DNA from: Azolla caroliniana
Taxonomy: Eukaryota > Plantae > Polypodiophyta
Direction: 5' to 3'
DNA length: 64,000 nucleotides
Assembly: GCA_043228905.1 (NCBI GenBank)
Contig: JBHGNT010000006.1
Location: forward strand, 17,174,001 to 17,238,000
How positions within the stretch are numbered: position 1 is the first letter of the stretch; every line of letters starts with the position of its first letter. Both the position numbers and the translations under genes were made by a program. Of the stretch, positions 37,087-50,065 are shown piece by piece. The notes under the pieces are model-generated. The model saw only the letters and a program-made list of their open reading frames with translations, was not told where the DNA came from and did not search any database.

Positions 37087-40000
37087 ATGGCTACCTCGCT
37101 TCCTACCGAGAAGCTCGACAGAAACAACAACGCGTCTTGGTCCTACAAGATGCACCAATACCTGCTCGGGCACGGTTACTGGAGCTATGTCAACGGAGCA
37201 AATGACACAGCACCCGAATAGACACACAGAGATTTCCCGGTGTGGGAACAGTCGGCAATCAGAGTACTATACTGCTTCGCGTCTTGTGTGGGTGAATAAC
37301 TTCTGAGCTATATTCGGGATGCGAAAACGCCAAAAGATGCTTGGGGAAATCTGAAGAAGATTTTCGCCGCAAGCACTACAGCCAGGAAGCTTCAACTCCG
37401 ATAGGAGCTGAGCAACCTACGACAACGCGACTTGTCGGTGGCAGACTACACCTCCAAAATCAAGGACATTTGCGACTCTCTGGCCTCCATCGATGTGAAT
37501 ATCGAAGAAGCCGATATGGTGCAAATCTGTCTCGGAGGTTTGACGTCAAGGTTCCGAGCGTTCCGAACTGTTGTGTGTACACTGGAGAATACGCCGTCAT
37601 TTTTCGACTTACAGTCGATGCTCCTTATAGAGAACCACGAGGGTGCATCAACGAGCACGCATGCCGACAGCAAGATGTTGTACACGGAGGGAGATAGGCC
37701 CCGTGGTCGTGGCAAACGAGGCGAGTCGGTGCGCAATGGAGGCGGCCGATGGGATCAAGGAACAAGGCATTGAAGCGATGCCGACAGAATTCCGGACTCT
37801 TCGGAAACAGGGGGGAGTCGAGGCGACGAGAACCGGCAAGGGAAATCCGTCGCGGAATGCTGGTATTGTGGCAAGAAAGGCCATAGGGAGAACGAGTGCT
37901 GAAAAAGCGCACCGATTCGGAGAGAACCGGATCCGTATCAAGTCCCAGACAGACCGACAAAGGAAATCGACAGTGATCGCACTACACCGAAGGATCCGGA
38001 AAAGCCGGAAAAGGGTGAGTCTTCGTGACGAGACACGAAGAAAACTCGATGAAGAAGATCACCCCGAAGTCGGATGAGGTGTGGTATGTCGACTACGGCG
38101 CGTCAAACCACATGAAGTGCCACAAGGAGTGGTTCTCGTACCTGGAAAAACCGATGCAACCGAGAGTAGTCGCAACCGGAGATGACTCTCCGCATCCAAT
38201 CGCGAATGTCGGTGAAGTTCCCTTGAGCCGTGCCGAGCAAAAAGGGAAACTCATGAACGTGTTACACGTTCCAACAATCACAAAGAACTTGGTGTTGGTC
38301 AGACAGATCGTCAACCAGGGGATGCAGGTTCGGTTCATGCATCTCGGGTGCTTCATTGAGGAAGAAAGCCGAGTTATTGCACAAGGGCGAAGAGATGGGA
38401 GGATGTTTATCCTCGACTCTAGTGATGGTGGCACCGCAATGTTCACGAAAGGACAAAAAGTAGAGTCGGATATCGACTTATGGCACAATCGGATAGGCCA
38501 CGTCAACTATCAACGGCTTCAGAACTTACAATCGAAACAGGTGGTGTTCGGATGGCCCAAATTAAGTGGCCGGAAGGCACAAATTTGTGAACCTTGCCAG
38601 CTAGGGAAGCAACACCAACTTCCTTTCCCCAACAAGCGTAACCGAAGCAGGAACAAGATCTACTTGATACATTCCGATGTATGGGGACGGGCACAGAATG
38701 TTAGTCTTGGCAGAAGTCAATATTTTGTCTCCTTCATTGACGACTATACGCGGCACACGTGGATCTACCTCATTAAGAAGAAGAGTGAAGTCTTCGACTA
38801 TTTTCGGGACCTCAAGAATTTCGTCGAAAGGGAAACAGGAAGACAGATCAAGTGCTTGCGGTTGGATGGTGGAAAAGAGTACTTTTCCTGTCAATTCAAC
38901 GGGTATCTGCAACAGATGGGAATTCGGAGCGAATTCAATTGCAAATATACACCGGAGAAAAACAGCGTGGCCGAAAGGAAAAATCGGTCGGTTGTGGAAG
39001 TAGTGCAGGCAATGCTAGAAGAGATGAGCTTGCCCAAGTTCTATTGGGTCGAGGCAGTACAAACCGCAGTATACATCCAGAATCGGATCGGAGAAAAAGT
39101 GTCGGCGCATGAGCTATACTTCGGAACGAAGCCGAATCTGCGACACTTAAAGAGTTTTCGGTAGCATTGCATATGTGCATGTACCGAAGGAGAAACGAAA
39201 GAAGTTGGATGCGAAAGCCAAGAAGTGTATCTTGGTCGGCTATTTGGACAAGCAAAAGGGTTATAAGTGTTATAACCCTCGCACCAAACAAGCGTGTGTG
39301 AGCCGCGACGTTGTGTTTGACGAGTCTGCGTCCTGGTACTTGCCTCCGACTCTGGACCTCACCTTCAATCCGAGTTCTGACGATGAGATTATCGAGGCCG
39401 AGATGCCTCGGGATGAGACTGAAATCGGGACCCGCAAAGAGAGTCTGATTTCGTTTTGGTTAAGCGGACCGAATGGACGACTGAGTCGATTCGACCAATC
39501 CGATGAAGAGCCGGCGAGTAGTGGAGACTCTCTCGTGCATTTCCCACGCAGGAAGCCGAGGAGATGGCTTACGCGCAAGGAAAAAGGGAAAAAAAATTGT
39601 CGGATTACGGCTCGGATAAGAACGAGTCGAATCAACGCGAGTCCAACTCCGAGGGAAGTGATGACGGGTCATCGAGAGCGAAGTCCGTGTCGGCTAAGAT
39701 AGCCTCAACATCGGCTAATGAGCAATTGCGCCGATCTAAATGCCAGAAGAACCCTATTCTATAGTTCAGATACAATGAGTACATGGCGCATCACTATGCG
39801 TACATGACCCGTGTAGCGGAAGTGCGTGAGCCGGAGAGCTATGCAGAAGCGGCGAAGGAAGCAAATTGGCGCACCACAATGGAGGAAGAGATCCGCGCAT
39901 TAACGGAGAATGAAATCTGGGACCTAGTTGACGCACCGAAAGGTGTGAAGCCGATCGGATTTAGGTGGGTGTACAAAGTCAAGTACAACATTGACGGCTT

Positions 40001-41789
40001 GATAAACCGATACAAGGCCCAGTTAGTAGCGAAAGGCTACGCGTAGAAGCATGGCGTGGACTATGACGAGACCTTCGCACCTGTCGTGAAGATGACTATA
40101 GTGCGATTCCTGCTAGCCATAGCCGTCGCAAAGGGGTGGCACTTACATCAGATGGATGTAAAGAATGTGTTCCTGCAAGGTGAGCTTGAGGAACAGGTGT
40201 ACATGATACAGCCCCCCGGATTTCACTCCGGAATGAATACTTCGGCGGTGTGCCGACTGAAGAAGTCCCTTTATGGACTAAAGCAAGCCCCGCGTGCCTG
40301 GAACGCGAAGATCACGTAATGATTGCGTCGGTTGGGCTTAGTGACGTCAAAATCGGACTCCTCACTGTTCATCGGAAAAGGTCGACTCGGGCCGGTTAGC
40401 ATCTTACTTTATGTTGATGACTTGGTCATCACCAATGCCGACCTAGGTGAGATTGACCGTGTGAAGCTTCAGCTTGCGGCATCATTCGACATGAAGGACC
40501 TAGGGGACTTTCATTACTTCCTCGGGACCGAAGTGATCCACACCCCCGAAGGGATACTAATCAGCCAACAGCATTACACATTGAGTATGCTCTTCAAATT
40601 CGGGATGTCCGACTGTAAGTCCGTCTCAACTCCTCTGGATAGAACCGTCAAGCTTCGCCCCGATTCCGGAAAGGTATGCGACCCGAAGAGGTTCCGATAG
40701 ATAGTCGGAAGCCTTATATACTTGACCATCACCCGACCAGATCTCAGCTACCCGGTCGTGCTGATTACTCAGTTCATGACGCGACCGACCAAGGAGCACC
40801 TTCAATGCGCACAATACATACTCCGATACGTCAGTGGCACTAAGGACCAGGGGTTACTATATCGGACAGATACTGCCGCGCAGTTGGTTGGTTACACCGA
40901 TGCTGATTGGGCTGAAAACGCCGGCGATCGCCGATCCATGTCCGGTTTCGCGTTCTCTCTTGGGAGTGCCGCGATCGCATGGAGTAGCAAGAAGCAGTCG
41001 ATAGTTGCGTTGTTGAACACCAAAGCCGAGTATAGAGGAGCGGTTGTCGCGACATGCGAAGCCATATGGTTGAAGCGGCTACTTAAGGATCTGCAGGTGG
41101 AGGTATCCGATCCAACGACAATCTACTGCGACAACCTCGTAGCATCCAGCTAGCTAAGAACCTCGTCTTCCACGCCTGGACTAAGCACATTGAGGTGCAC
41201 TACCATTTTGTCCGTGAGCGTGTCCTCTCAGGTGAAGTCGAACTTCAGTATGTTCCGACGGATCGGCAGAACGCCGACATCTTCACCAAGCCTCTTGGTC
41301 TGGACAAGTTACGGCAATTCTCGGGTGTGCTTGGGTTGCGTTACCTCGACGTGCCGAACTTGAGGGGGAGAGACGTCCATGATGACCACAGAAGGGAGCA
41401 GGAAAGGAGCGGAAAAGACCGTGACACCGAGTCGGATGACAAATTCGATTTCGGATCGGCTAAAGAAGCCGACGGTGGATCCGCGGAAGACTCCGAAAGT
41501 AGACATAAAGGGAGCGGTCAAAAGAAAGAGCTGAAGCCAACCAAGCGTGCGGGAGACGAAGCCATCAAGGGAGAGAATACCGAAGACGAGTTGGAGACAG
41601 CCAACTCGGACAAGGGTGAAAACTGATTGGAGGAAGCCGAGTCGGTTTGGATGTTTGATTCTGATACGCTGAATCAACCAAGGGCCAAGCGGAATAGAAG
41701 GCAGCAGAAGAGGCGCCAACACCGCAATAGCAAGGAAGCTGAGAAAGGTTGTGTGAGCAGACCAGCCGACCGGAAGGGTCGAGGCGCGC
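37087..41789 (+). pseudogene. I gag-PR-INT-RT-RH polyprotein, disrupted
   Basis: WYVDYGASNH, LWHNRIGH, IHSDVWG, YVDDLVI, YTDADWA; Copia domain order. Confidence 0.93.
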
Positions 41790-42480
41790 TATCACGTTGT
41801 TACGCGCGTGCATGGAGAACGAGGCGGGACCACCGGGGTCTTGGACCAAGAAATAGCTGAGAAGGAGGAGAACGGAAAGGCGACAGACGCACTTGCACAC
41901 GCGCAGACACGGGAGCACACAAGAATCACAATCCAACAACACAGCAAAACGAGACGACTAGAAGTCCGAGTATATGAACATGTATGTATGTAAATATATA
42001 TATATATCAAGACGGTTACAACTAACAGACCGGCAAGGCGAACACCGAAGCATGTTCACTCACACACAGAAGAGCGAGATGGAGACTCTATCGGAAGCAC
42101 ACGGGCGTTCCACGGAGTAGAGTCAGCCTCCTGAAAACCTACGCAAAATGGCTATGGAGAGTGGCAGAGGAGAAGGGCTCGGTCCCAGTCTGGCAGCACT
42201 TCGTCCTCTCTAACCCGCGATATCCTTCCCATTCCTCTCCCTCTCTTTTATAGCCCAAGGAGGGAGGCCGTTATCATCCGTTACATCACATTAATTCTCT
42301 GTCCTTTCGGACAAAGATACACCTCGATTCTCTTCCTATTGAATGCGTGCTACCTAGGATTTCACCTCATCCGACTTGTACCTACCTACTTACCATACAA
42401 CGAAAAGTGTGCTCGCGTGCAAGGGCCGGTTTACACACGCTAAACTCGGTTTCCGCCTAGGGACGGTTTTCTTCACAACA
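41790..42480 (-). repeat. 3' LTR of D
   Basis: Direct repeat of 47129-47821. Confidence 0.94.
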
Positions 42481-42555
42481 TCCGCCCCCACCTAACCGCA
42501 CATCCACCGGTAGGTGCCAAAATTGGGCTCTTGCTGGAGAAAACCAGTCCATGCC

Positions 42556-44966
42556 TTACTCCTCGTCTTCTGAATCGTCATCCGCCTCGGACCGCCCGTC
42601 GTCGTCGTCCATGCTTTCCAGATCCGGCTCGCACTCATGTCGTTTCTTAAACGCTTTGACCCTCGTCCCCGCTACCGGTATTGCCATCCTCGTACCGTCG
42701 AGCTCCGCAAGATGGTAGGTCCCGTTGTCGTTGGCGCCTGTCACCACATAAGGCCCGAACCACCTCCTTGCAAACTTCTGTGTTGCCCTGTGCTAGTTGT
42801 CGAGGCTGTTGTCATACACTAGGACCCAGTCGCCTTCCTCAATTTTCTTCGGTCGCAATCGGTGAGTCCGGTCAAACCGCCCTTTGTTCTTCAACCTTGC
42901 CAACCGAAGCTTCTCCGCGGCTCGTTCCACGTCCTCCAGCCTTCGCTCGAGCTGTCGAATCCGTGCCGCTAGCAGCTCCTCCCGACTCATCCATCTCTCC
43001 AGTCCATCGTGGCCCATGAGGAGATGGTTCGCTCTGTTGGCATGATCGGCCTCTGTCCGTACATAAGCTCTGCCAGCATGAACCCGGTTACCGAACTGTG
43101 CGTAGTTCGGTCCGCCCACAAGGCATAAGGTAGCAGTCGCGGCCAGTTCTCGACTTGGCCTTCACACGCCCGTACTAGCGCTTTGACGATCGGCCCGTGT
43201 CCGCGCTCCACCTTCCCGTTAGCCTCCGGATTGTATGCTATGGTAAGCGAGAGTTTGACCCCTAGTCGGTCAAACAGCTCTTCAGCCTCTTGCGCGTCCA
43301 ACTCTCCGCGGTCAGCCACGATCTTGCCATAAGCCGCTTTACGGAGACCTAGTGCTACCGTAAGCGCCTCCTTTAGTCTCCGGACCGACTTTATGTGCTC
43401 CGTCCTCCACTCGAACCTACGCCCTTTCTTCAATAGCCCGTAGAGCGGCTCCGCAACATGTGCGTAGTGCGGAATCCAGATGTGGTAGAACGCGCACGCC
43501 CCCAAGAATCTGCGGACCTCCGTAACCGACCCGCAGTCGACCTTCATCGCGGAGATGGCTTCTACCTTTGCCGGAGACGGTTTCCTACCGTAAGTCCCGC
43601 ACAGGTGTCCGACCACCAAGATCTCTGACTGCCCGAACGCCGATTTTTCTCCGGAGAAGGTGAGTCGTGCGCTCTCGAGCCTCTGCAGCACCTTCTCGCA
43701 ATCGTTGATGTGGTTCACGACGAACCTCCAGCATCCGTCCGGCCCAACAGTCTCGTCCGCATCTTCCACCAGACACCCCTTTATCGGGATGTCGTCCAAG
43801 AATGGCATGGTGATATCCGGGATGCAATCCCTCAGCACCTTGTTCATTGTGTTCACCATATGCGCCACCAAATTCATCCCACCTTGTGGTAGGGTACACA
43901 TCCGTACTAGACCGAGAGGAGTTCACATCGTCGTGATATCCTTGCTCTCCACGGCTAGCTGGAACTGGTCGTACCCTGAGTACAGATCACCGACAGAGTA
44001 AATCGACCTTCCGGCGAAGGCCCCCGCGAACTCGTCTATGGTCGGACCGATTCCTGCGTTCCGAATGGTCACCTTGTTGACCGGTTGCAAGTCTTGAATA
44101 AAACGTAACGTGCCATTCTTCTTTGGCACGGTAAACCACCGATTCGAGTATGGGGCATTCGACGGTTCGAGGATGCCCATCTCGACCTTCTGTTTCAACA
44201 GCTCCATCAGCTTCGGGATGTGAGCTCTGGGTACCGGAATCGGTTTGAGGTTCCACGGCACATGCGGTACCGTGAAGATCACCATCGGTTCCACAACTGT
44301 CGGGTTTACACACCCGATCTCCTCCGGTGAGAATGCGAAAGCCTTCCCGTTCCTCCCGAGCATTCTCCGAAAGCGGTCCTCTTCTGCCGGCAGTAGAAAG
44401 TCACCCCCACCGATCTTGAGCTCTCGTAGCGTTATATCGGTGAACGTGTGTCCTATGCTGGCCGGATCTCGCAAACTTGGGTCCGACGCATGCCCCTTTA
44501 CTCGTAACTCGCTACCCTCCGGCAAGGGTGCCTCTACTGACCTCACCTTCCGATCCATAGTCTTGTACTTTATGTTCACCCGGGCCGTCTGATCCCACTC
44601 GAGCCCGTTACAGAAGTCGGCAATGACTTCGTACATCCCTTCCAAACATACCGGAATCGTCCGGTCCTTTTTAAGGCCTCCTCCGACCACCTCTCGTAAC
44701 TGTCCCAAGGTGTCGTCGAAAGAGACCACCTCCACGGCTCCGTTGATTTCCTCTCCAGGGCCGAGGACTCCACATGCCCGAAGTCGCTCCTCCGTCCTCT
44801 TCTTCTCCCGGCCAACGACGCCGACAATCATACAACCCCCTCTATCGGAGAACCAAAATTTCCTACCTATAGTACAGGTCTTCTTCCCTACTGTACATTT
44901 GTGGGGTTTTTCCGGGGTGTCCGGACTATCGCGGCCCCACGCCTTGATAGCCCTCTCTAAAAATCC
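42556..44966 (-). pseudogene. D pol (RT fused to INT core by deletion)
   Basis: ORFs 43923..44831 and 42987..43901; LRKAAYG|KIVADRGE junction. Confidence 0.92.
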
Positions 44967-47083
44967 CCTCGGGTTTCGCCATCGAGGGTCTCGCGGTTAC
45001 GCTCATGGTTTGGTCGCACTCTCAGGAACTGGACCGAGTGACGCCCATCCTGGCTCTTGACTCTTGCATAGGCCGAACCGTTGTCCACCACCTTGGTCTC
45101 CATCCGTGCCGCCGTGATGTATGGTTCTCCTAGTATAACCGGATGTGAGGACGTCTCCTGCACGAAGAAGTGTTGGTCGATCTCGACATCGCCGATTTTC
45201 ACCCATACGTTCGGGCAGGCTCCATGTAGTTCTTCCGTGGCGCGCATCGTTGCCCATATTTTCCAACCGTGTTTGGTGTTGATCGGCCATTTCCCCTTTT
45301 TGTAGAAGTCCATGGACATCAAGTTGATTTCTGAACCGTGGTCCACCAACGCCACCACCGGCTCCTGGACATCCCCGACCTTAATAGGGGTCTCCGTGGT
45401 CGCTCTGGCCCAGTGTGGCCTCAAATAGTGGCTCTCCGCCAACTCGTCTTCTAGCGCCATGTCCTCTATGTGCGTCATTCGCACTTCCACCGGCTTCTCC
45501 GGCTCTGGCTCTGTCGACAACCTCTTCCTCTTCACCAAGTCTACGATGGAGTCGTGGAACTCTTTCTTGGTGATCCCGAGCACTTCCCTCAGCGACAGCT
45601 CCACTTTGCTGTCGAGGATACGTTCCTCCAGGACCTTTAGCAGGTCCGTGGTCCTTTCGATTTCCGTGCTCAACCGGTACCCGACCTTCTTGGCTATATC
45701 CAGTGCGTCGGTCGCACCAGCCTCACTCTGCCTTTGACCGAATCGGGTTTCATACTGTTGCGAGGGCCCGGCCCCTCTAGTTTTACCTACTCGCTTGTCT
45801 TCCACCAGAGCCTCGTAGTTCTGGCATGCGGCTTCAACGAAGCCCGTCTTCTCTTCGACCGGGTCACTCCACCCGGTTACCTCCCAGACCCATTTTTCCG
45901 CGCAGTTCGCTTCTTCTTTCCTTATCCGTGCGTCGGCAAGGCCTTCCAGCATCAGCGGCCAGAATCCAGCTTCGTTCGTCTTCCGAGCCTCACCACCTCC
46001 GACCCGGATCCCAACCAACGCCGAGTAGTGGACGGTCTCCGTGTGGCGAGCCGCTGCTTCTTCCATCAGCCGTTTCATACCCCCTCTTCCGACATTCAGG
46101 TCCAGGGCCCTTCGGGTCTCGCTAGCGTGCACCCGACCATTCCATAGGTACACCACGTTGGCTCTCATTGCCTCGGCGAAGTTCCCGCAGTCCTTCCGGA
46201 CGTGGCCGACCGCATCGCACCACAAACACCGGTTTCCAGCCAGAGGCCTTTGGTCACAGGCCTGTTCGCCGCCGTCCCTCCGTGCCTGTGCATTCTAGAG
46301 GTCCTTTACCATCCTAGTTAGCTCCTCTAGAGCTGCTCCTCCGGACGAGCCTTTGACCATGCCGGTCGAAGTCGATCCGGTTTCGAGCCAGTCTTGGGTC
46401 TTTTCCCTTCGCGCTGGCGGGGTTGGGTCAAGTTTCCTTGCTGCTACAGAGCCGGCCCCTGTTGATCCTTTATCGACCCACTCTCGTCGTTTGTCGAAAC
46501 AGCCACAGATTCTCTTTACCAAGGCCCAGTCGGTCGTCAGCCCGTCATCAGTCTCCAACAGGAGACCCACTTGCTCCCGTTCCCTTGCATCCACCGACTT
46601 AACGAACAGCAGGACGCGACTTGTGTCTAGTACGGTCCGGTCGAGTGCCGAAAGATGCGCGAAGCGTTCTTCAAACTCCCGGAGGAGCACCGACACGTTT
46701 CTCCCCTTTTCGGGGGTCTCTACCCATTCCATGAAGTCCCATTTCGAGAGCCGAAGCGCGTCATCAAGCCCGTATTTTTCAAGGAGCCGACCTTCAAACT
46801 CTTCCCAGGTCCGGCTCTCAGCCCATACCTCGAGCACCTCCGCATGGATGCCCGGCATCACCACCCGAGGGAATCCGGTTAGTCGCCTTTCTTCCGGAAT
46901 GTCTCTCATTACCATCTCGACCCGGTAGGCCTCCAAATAGCTCATGGCGTCCTTCCCACCGAACCGGCCTATCGTGCCGACGACTACTTCAATAGCCCTA
47001 TCAAGGGCGCCTGCACCTTCGCGCGCACTCACTATCTGATCCACAGCCGAAGCCATGGCTTCCGCGAGATCCGATCCCCTCAT
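44957..47083 (-). pseudogene. D gag-protease ORF (one internal stop at 46295)
   Basis: ORFs 46295..47083 and 44957..46225; WCDAVGHVRKDC and LVDHGSEINL; ends GGG GAT TTT TAG. Confidence 0.92.
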
Positions 47084-47106
47084 CTTTCTATTCCTCTACC
47101 GCCCGT

Positions 47107-47124
47107 TTCACATCGGGTTCACCA
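47107..47124 (-). promoter_or_regulatory. Primer binding site of D, tRNA-Trp
   Basis: Minus strand TGGTGAACCCGATGTGAA, 4 nt from the LTR. Confidence 0.87.
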
Positions 47125-47128
47125 AATA

Positions 47129-47821
47129 TGTCGCGTTGTTACGCGCATGCGTGGAGAACGAGGCGGGACCACCGAGGTCTTGGACCGAGAAATAGCTGAG
47201 AAGGAGGAGAACGGAAAGGCGACGGACGCACTTGCACACGCGCAGACACGGGAGCCCACAGGAATCACAGTCCAACAACACAGCAAAACGAGACGACTAG
47301 AAGTCTGAGTATATGAACATGTATGTATGTAAATATATATATATATATCAAGACGGTTACAACTAACAGGCCAGCAAGGCGAACACCGACGCCTGTTCAC
47401 TCACACACAGAAGAGCGAGATGGAGACTCTGTCGGAAGCACACGGGCATTCCACGGAGCAGAGTCAGCCTCCCAAAAACCTGCGCAAAATGGCTATGGAG
47501 AGTGGCAGAGGAGAAGGGCTCGGTCCCAGTCCGGCAGCACTTCGTCCTCTCTAACCCACGATACCCTTCCCATTCCTCTCCCTCTCTTTTATAGCCCAAG
47601 GAGGGAGGCCGTTATCATCCATTACATCACATTAATTCTCTGTCCTTTCGGACAGAGATACACCTCGATTCTCTCCCTATTGAATGCATGCTACCTAGGA
47701 TTTCACCTCAGCCGACTTGTACCTACCTACTTACCATACAACGAAAAGTGTGCTCGCGTGCAACGGCCGGTTTACACACGCTAAACTCGGTTTCCGCCTA
47801 GGGACGGTTTTCTTCACGACA
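47129..47821 (-). repeat. 5' LTR of D
   Basis: TGTCG..CGACA termini. Confidence 0.94.
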
Positions 47822-47929
47822 GCGCGGAATCTAACAAGTCGAGGAGCGCGAGCGAGGCGTGAAGCTAGAAGGAACCAAAGCGTAGATCCGGTGGAGCAAG
47901 TGGAACCTCAAGTTGAGCTTGAGGGGGAG

Positions 47930-48329
47930 TGTTGCGAGACAAGCTCAACATTCGTGCGTAATACGATGTGTAACCCAGTGCGTAGACTGGGTGCGTAAAT
48001 CGGTACACACAACCTGGTCGTATCGGTGCGTAAACTGAAAGGCCTTTAGAGAGATATTCCTCGTAAGGAATAATTTTGGGAGTGAGTGTCGAGGGTCATT
48101 TATGAGCAGTCAAGTACTGTCAGTACTTGTGTCAACCCGATTGTCAGGGCTTGTATAAAAGGTGCTCACTGAGCACGGTGTATGTACAGACTGAGTAATA
48201 TTTTGAATTGAGTTTCTGTGTGTTCTCTCTCTCTGTCTCTCCCACGTACTATGTATATTCAAGCTCTCCATTAAACCTACATATTTTCTGTGTTCCTTTT
48301 TCTATTGCTTCCGCACATAATCTTTTTCA
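47930..48329 (+). repeat. 3' LTR of I
   Basis: Follows the PPT; repeat of 36592-36990. Confidence 0.93.
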
Positions 48330-48330
48330 C

Positions 48331-49632
48331 TGTTGAATACGGGTGTCTAATGGACGTATTCACATTGTCGCCTTTAGTACACACTAGGCTTAGACTATTT
48401 ATGTAAATACTGAGAAGGGCAGTTGCCCTAAGTTAGTCAATATATAAACTGACTTTGTAACCTAGTTGTTGGAGTTGCTCTTTGTTCTATTGCCTAATAT
48501 ACAACTAGTTTGTTGTGCCTTTCTCTCTCACTCTCTCTTGCATGCTCTGCAGCATCTTGTCTAATGTTTCCATCTGTCATTGACCTTTTTGTCTACATAC
48601 ACCACTTCATGATCATCATATAGAAGAGTTTGGCTTAAGTTCTGCATTCGAAGGCGGCCCTTTCCCAACATCTGGTATCAAAGCCCGGTTTATGTTCGAG
48701 CTTGCTGTAGCCTTCTATCTTAGCCTCTGAAAACTCTTCTTCGTGTATTCTGAAGATCTTAGCTAGTCACGACAGGCAAATCACAACGAGATTGTTCTTG
48801 CAAAGAGAAATGTGACGAAGTCGGCACTTCATTGTTCTAGATCACTCTTGTTTTGTGGTTATAGCCATTCGGAGTGGGACTTCTGTCTTGATTAGGTGAA
48901 ATCATTGCTTCAATCGACTAGGCGGAAATCGAATAGGTCATTTGACGCTACTCTCCTACTCGTCGTAGTCACCTGAAGCAAACAAGACTTCAGGGGAAAC
49001 CCCAATCCGTGTTTCACTCAGCTGAACGACATTTGGGAGGACCAGTTGGTTCCGTCCCTCTCATCGTTGCAGTCAACCGGAACAGGATCGGCCTGGAGTA
49101 TTGCATAGAATCGGTGTTGGGAGATTTCGGAGAAATCAAATCATCAAATCCTGGTTCAACTCGACTAAGTCTATTGATTGTAGTCACTCCGAACAGGATT
49201 CATGGTTCTTCGTAATCAACAAGACTTGTGTTCAAACTTCGGCTAGAATGACATCGAGTGGGCTAGGCTATCACACACCACCACAGTTCGTAGCTAACTC
49301 AAGACAAAGTTTATTATACCAACACACATGGTTTCAACATCCGGCTCGTCAGAGATGAGTCTACGGAAGTTCGATGGATCGAACTTCAACTTCTGGAAGA
49401 AACAAATGCAAGACAACTTGATAGTCAAGGGCCAGATTGAGCCCATTGAGAATGAAGATCCCCCAGAAGCATACAAACCAATCAAGTGGCAGAAGCTGGA
49501 CAGAATTGTTCGCGCCACAATCCGGATGCACAATCAGAATCTGTATATTTCACGATGCAATCGTGTAAGACAGCCTTCCAACTATGGAAGACACTGTCGG
49601 ACACTTACGAAAAGAAAGTCGCCAACACGAAG
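48331..49632 (+). mobile_element. Copia element J, 5' part (LTR 48331-48669, iMet PBS ~48672, long leader, gag start), interrupted by K
   Basis: TGTTG..CAACA LTR, TGGTATCAAAGCC, gag MSLRKFDGSNFNFWK..W.KLDR..ATIR. Confidence 0.82.
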
Positions 49633-50065
49633 TGTAAAGAATAGCGTGTGGAAGCAAGTAGAAAACCAAACACAGAAAATATGCAGGTTTAATGGAGAGC
49701 TTGAATATACACAGTATGCGGGTGAGACAGAGAGAGAGAAGACACACAGAAATTCAAAACAAAATAATACTCAATCTGTACATTGGATATGCTCAGTGAG
49801 CACTTTTATACAAGTCTATACGGACTGACAGAAGTACTGACACGTACTTCAATGCTCATAATTGAGCTCTACACTAACTCCCAAAATATATTCCTACGCG
49901 GAATATCTTTCCAACAGCCTCGCGGTTTACGCACCGCTACGGCTTCTCGTTATGCACCGGCTTGCGTACCGGTTTACGCACCCGTTTTACGCACCATTTT
50001 ACCCAACTGATCCGGTTCTCGGCTTGCACAACCAATACGACCAATGTTGAGCTTGTATCTCAACA
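49633..50065 (-). repeat. 3' LTR of K
   Basis: TGTAAAG..CTCAACA, homologous to 1248-1718. Confidence 0.92.

Larger units (their letters stand above)
41790..47821 (-). mobile_element. Gypsy element D (family B), inserted in the 3' tail of I; RNase H deleted
   Basis: Two ~690-bp LTRs, perfect 4-bp TSD GCGC, tRNA-Trp PBS, PPT AGGTGGGGGCGGA. Confidence 0.95.
36592..48329 (+). mobile_element. Copia element I (family A), full-length degenerate, contains D
   Basis: LTRs 36592-36990 and 47930-48329; PBS TGGTATCAGAGC at 36991; PPT TTGAGGGGGAG; flanks CTATT/CTGTT. Confidence 0.94.
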
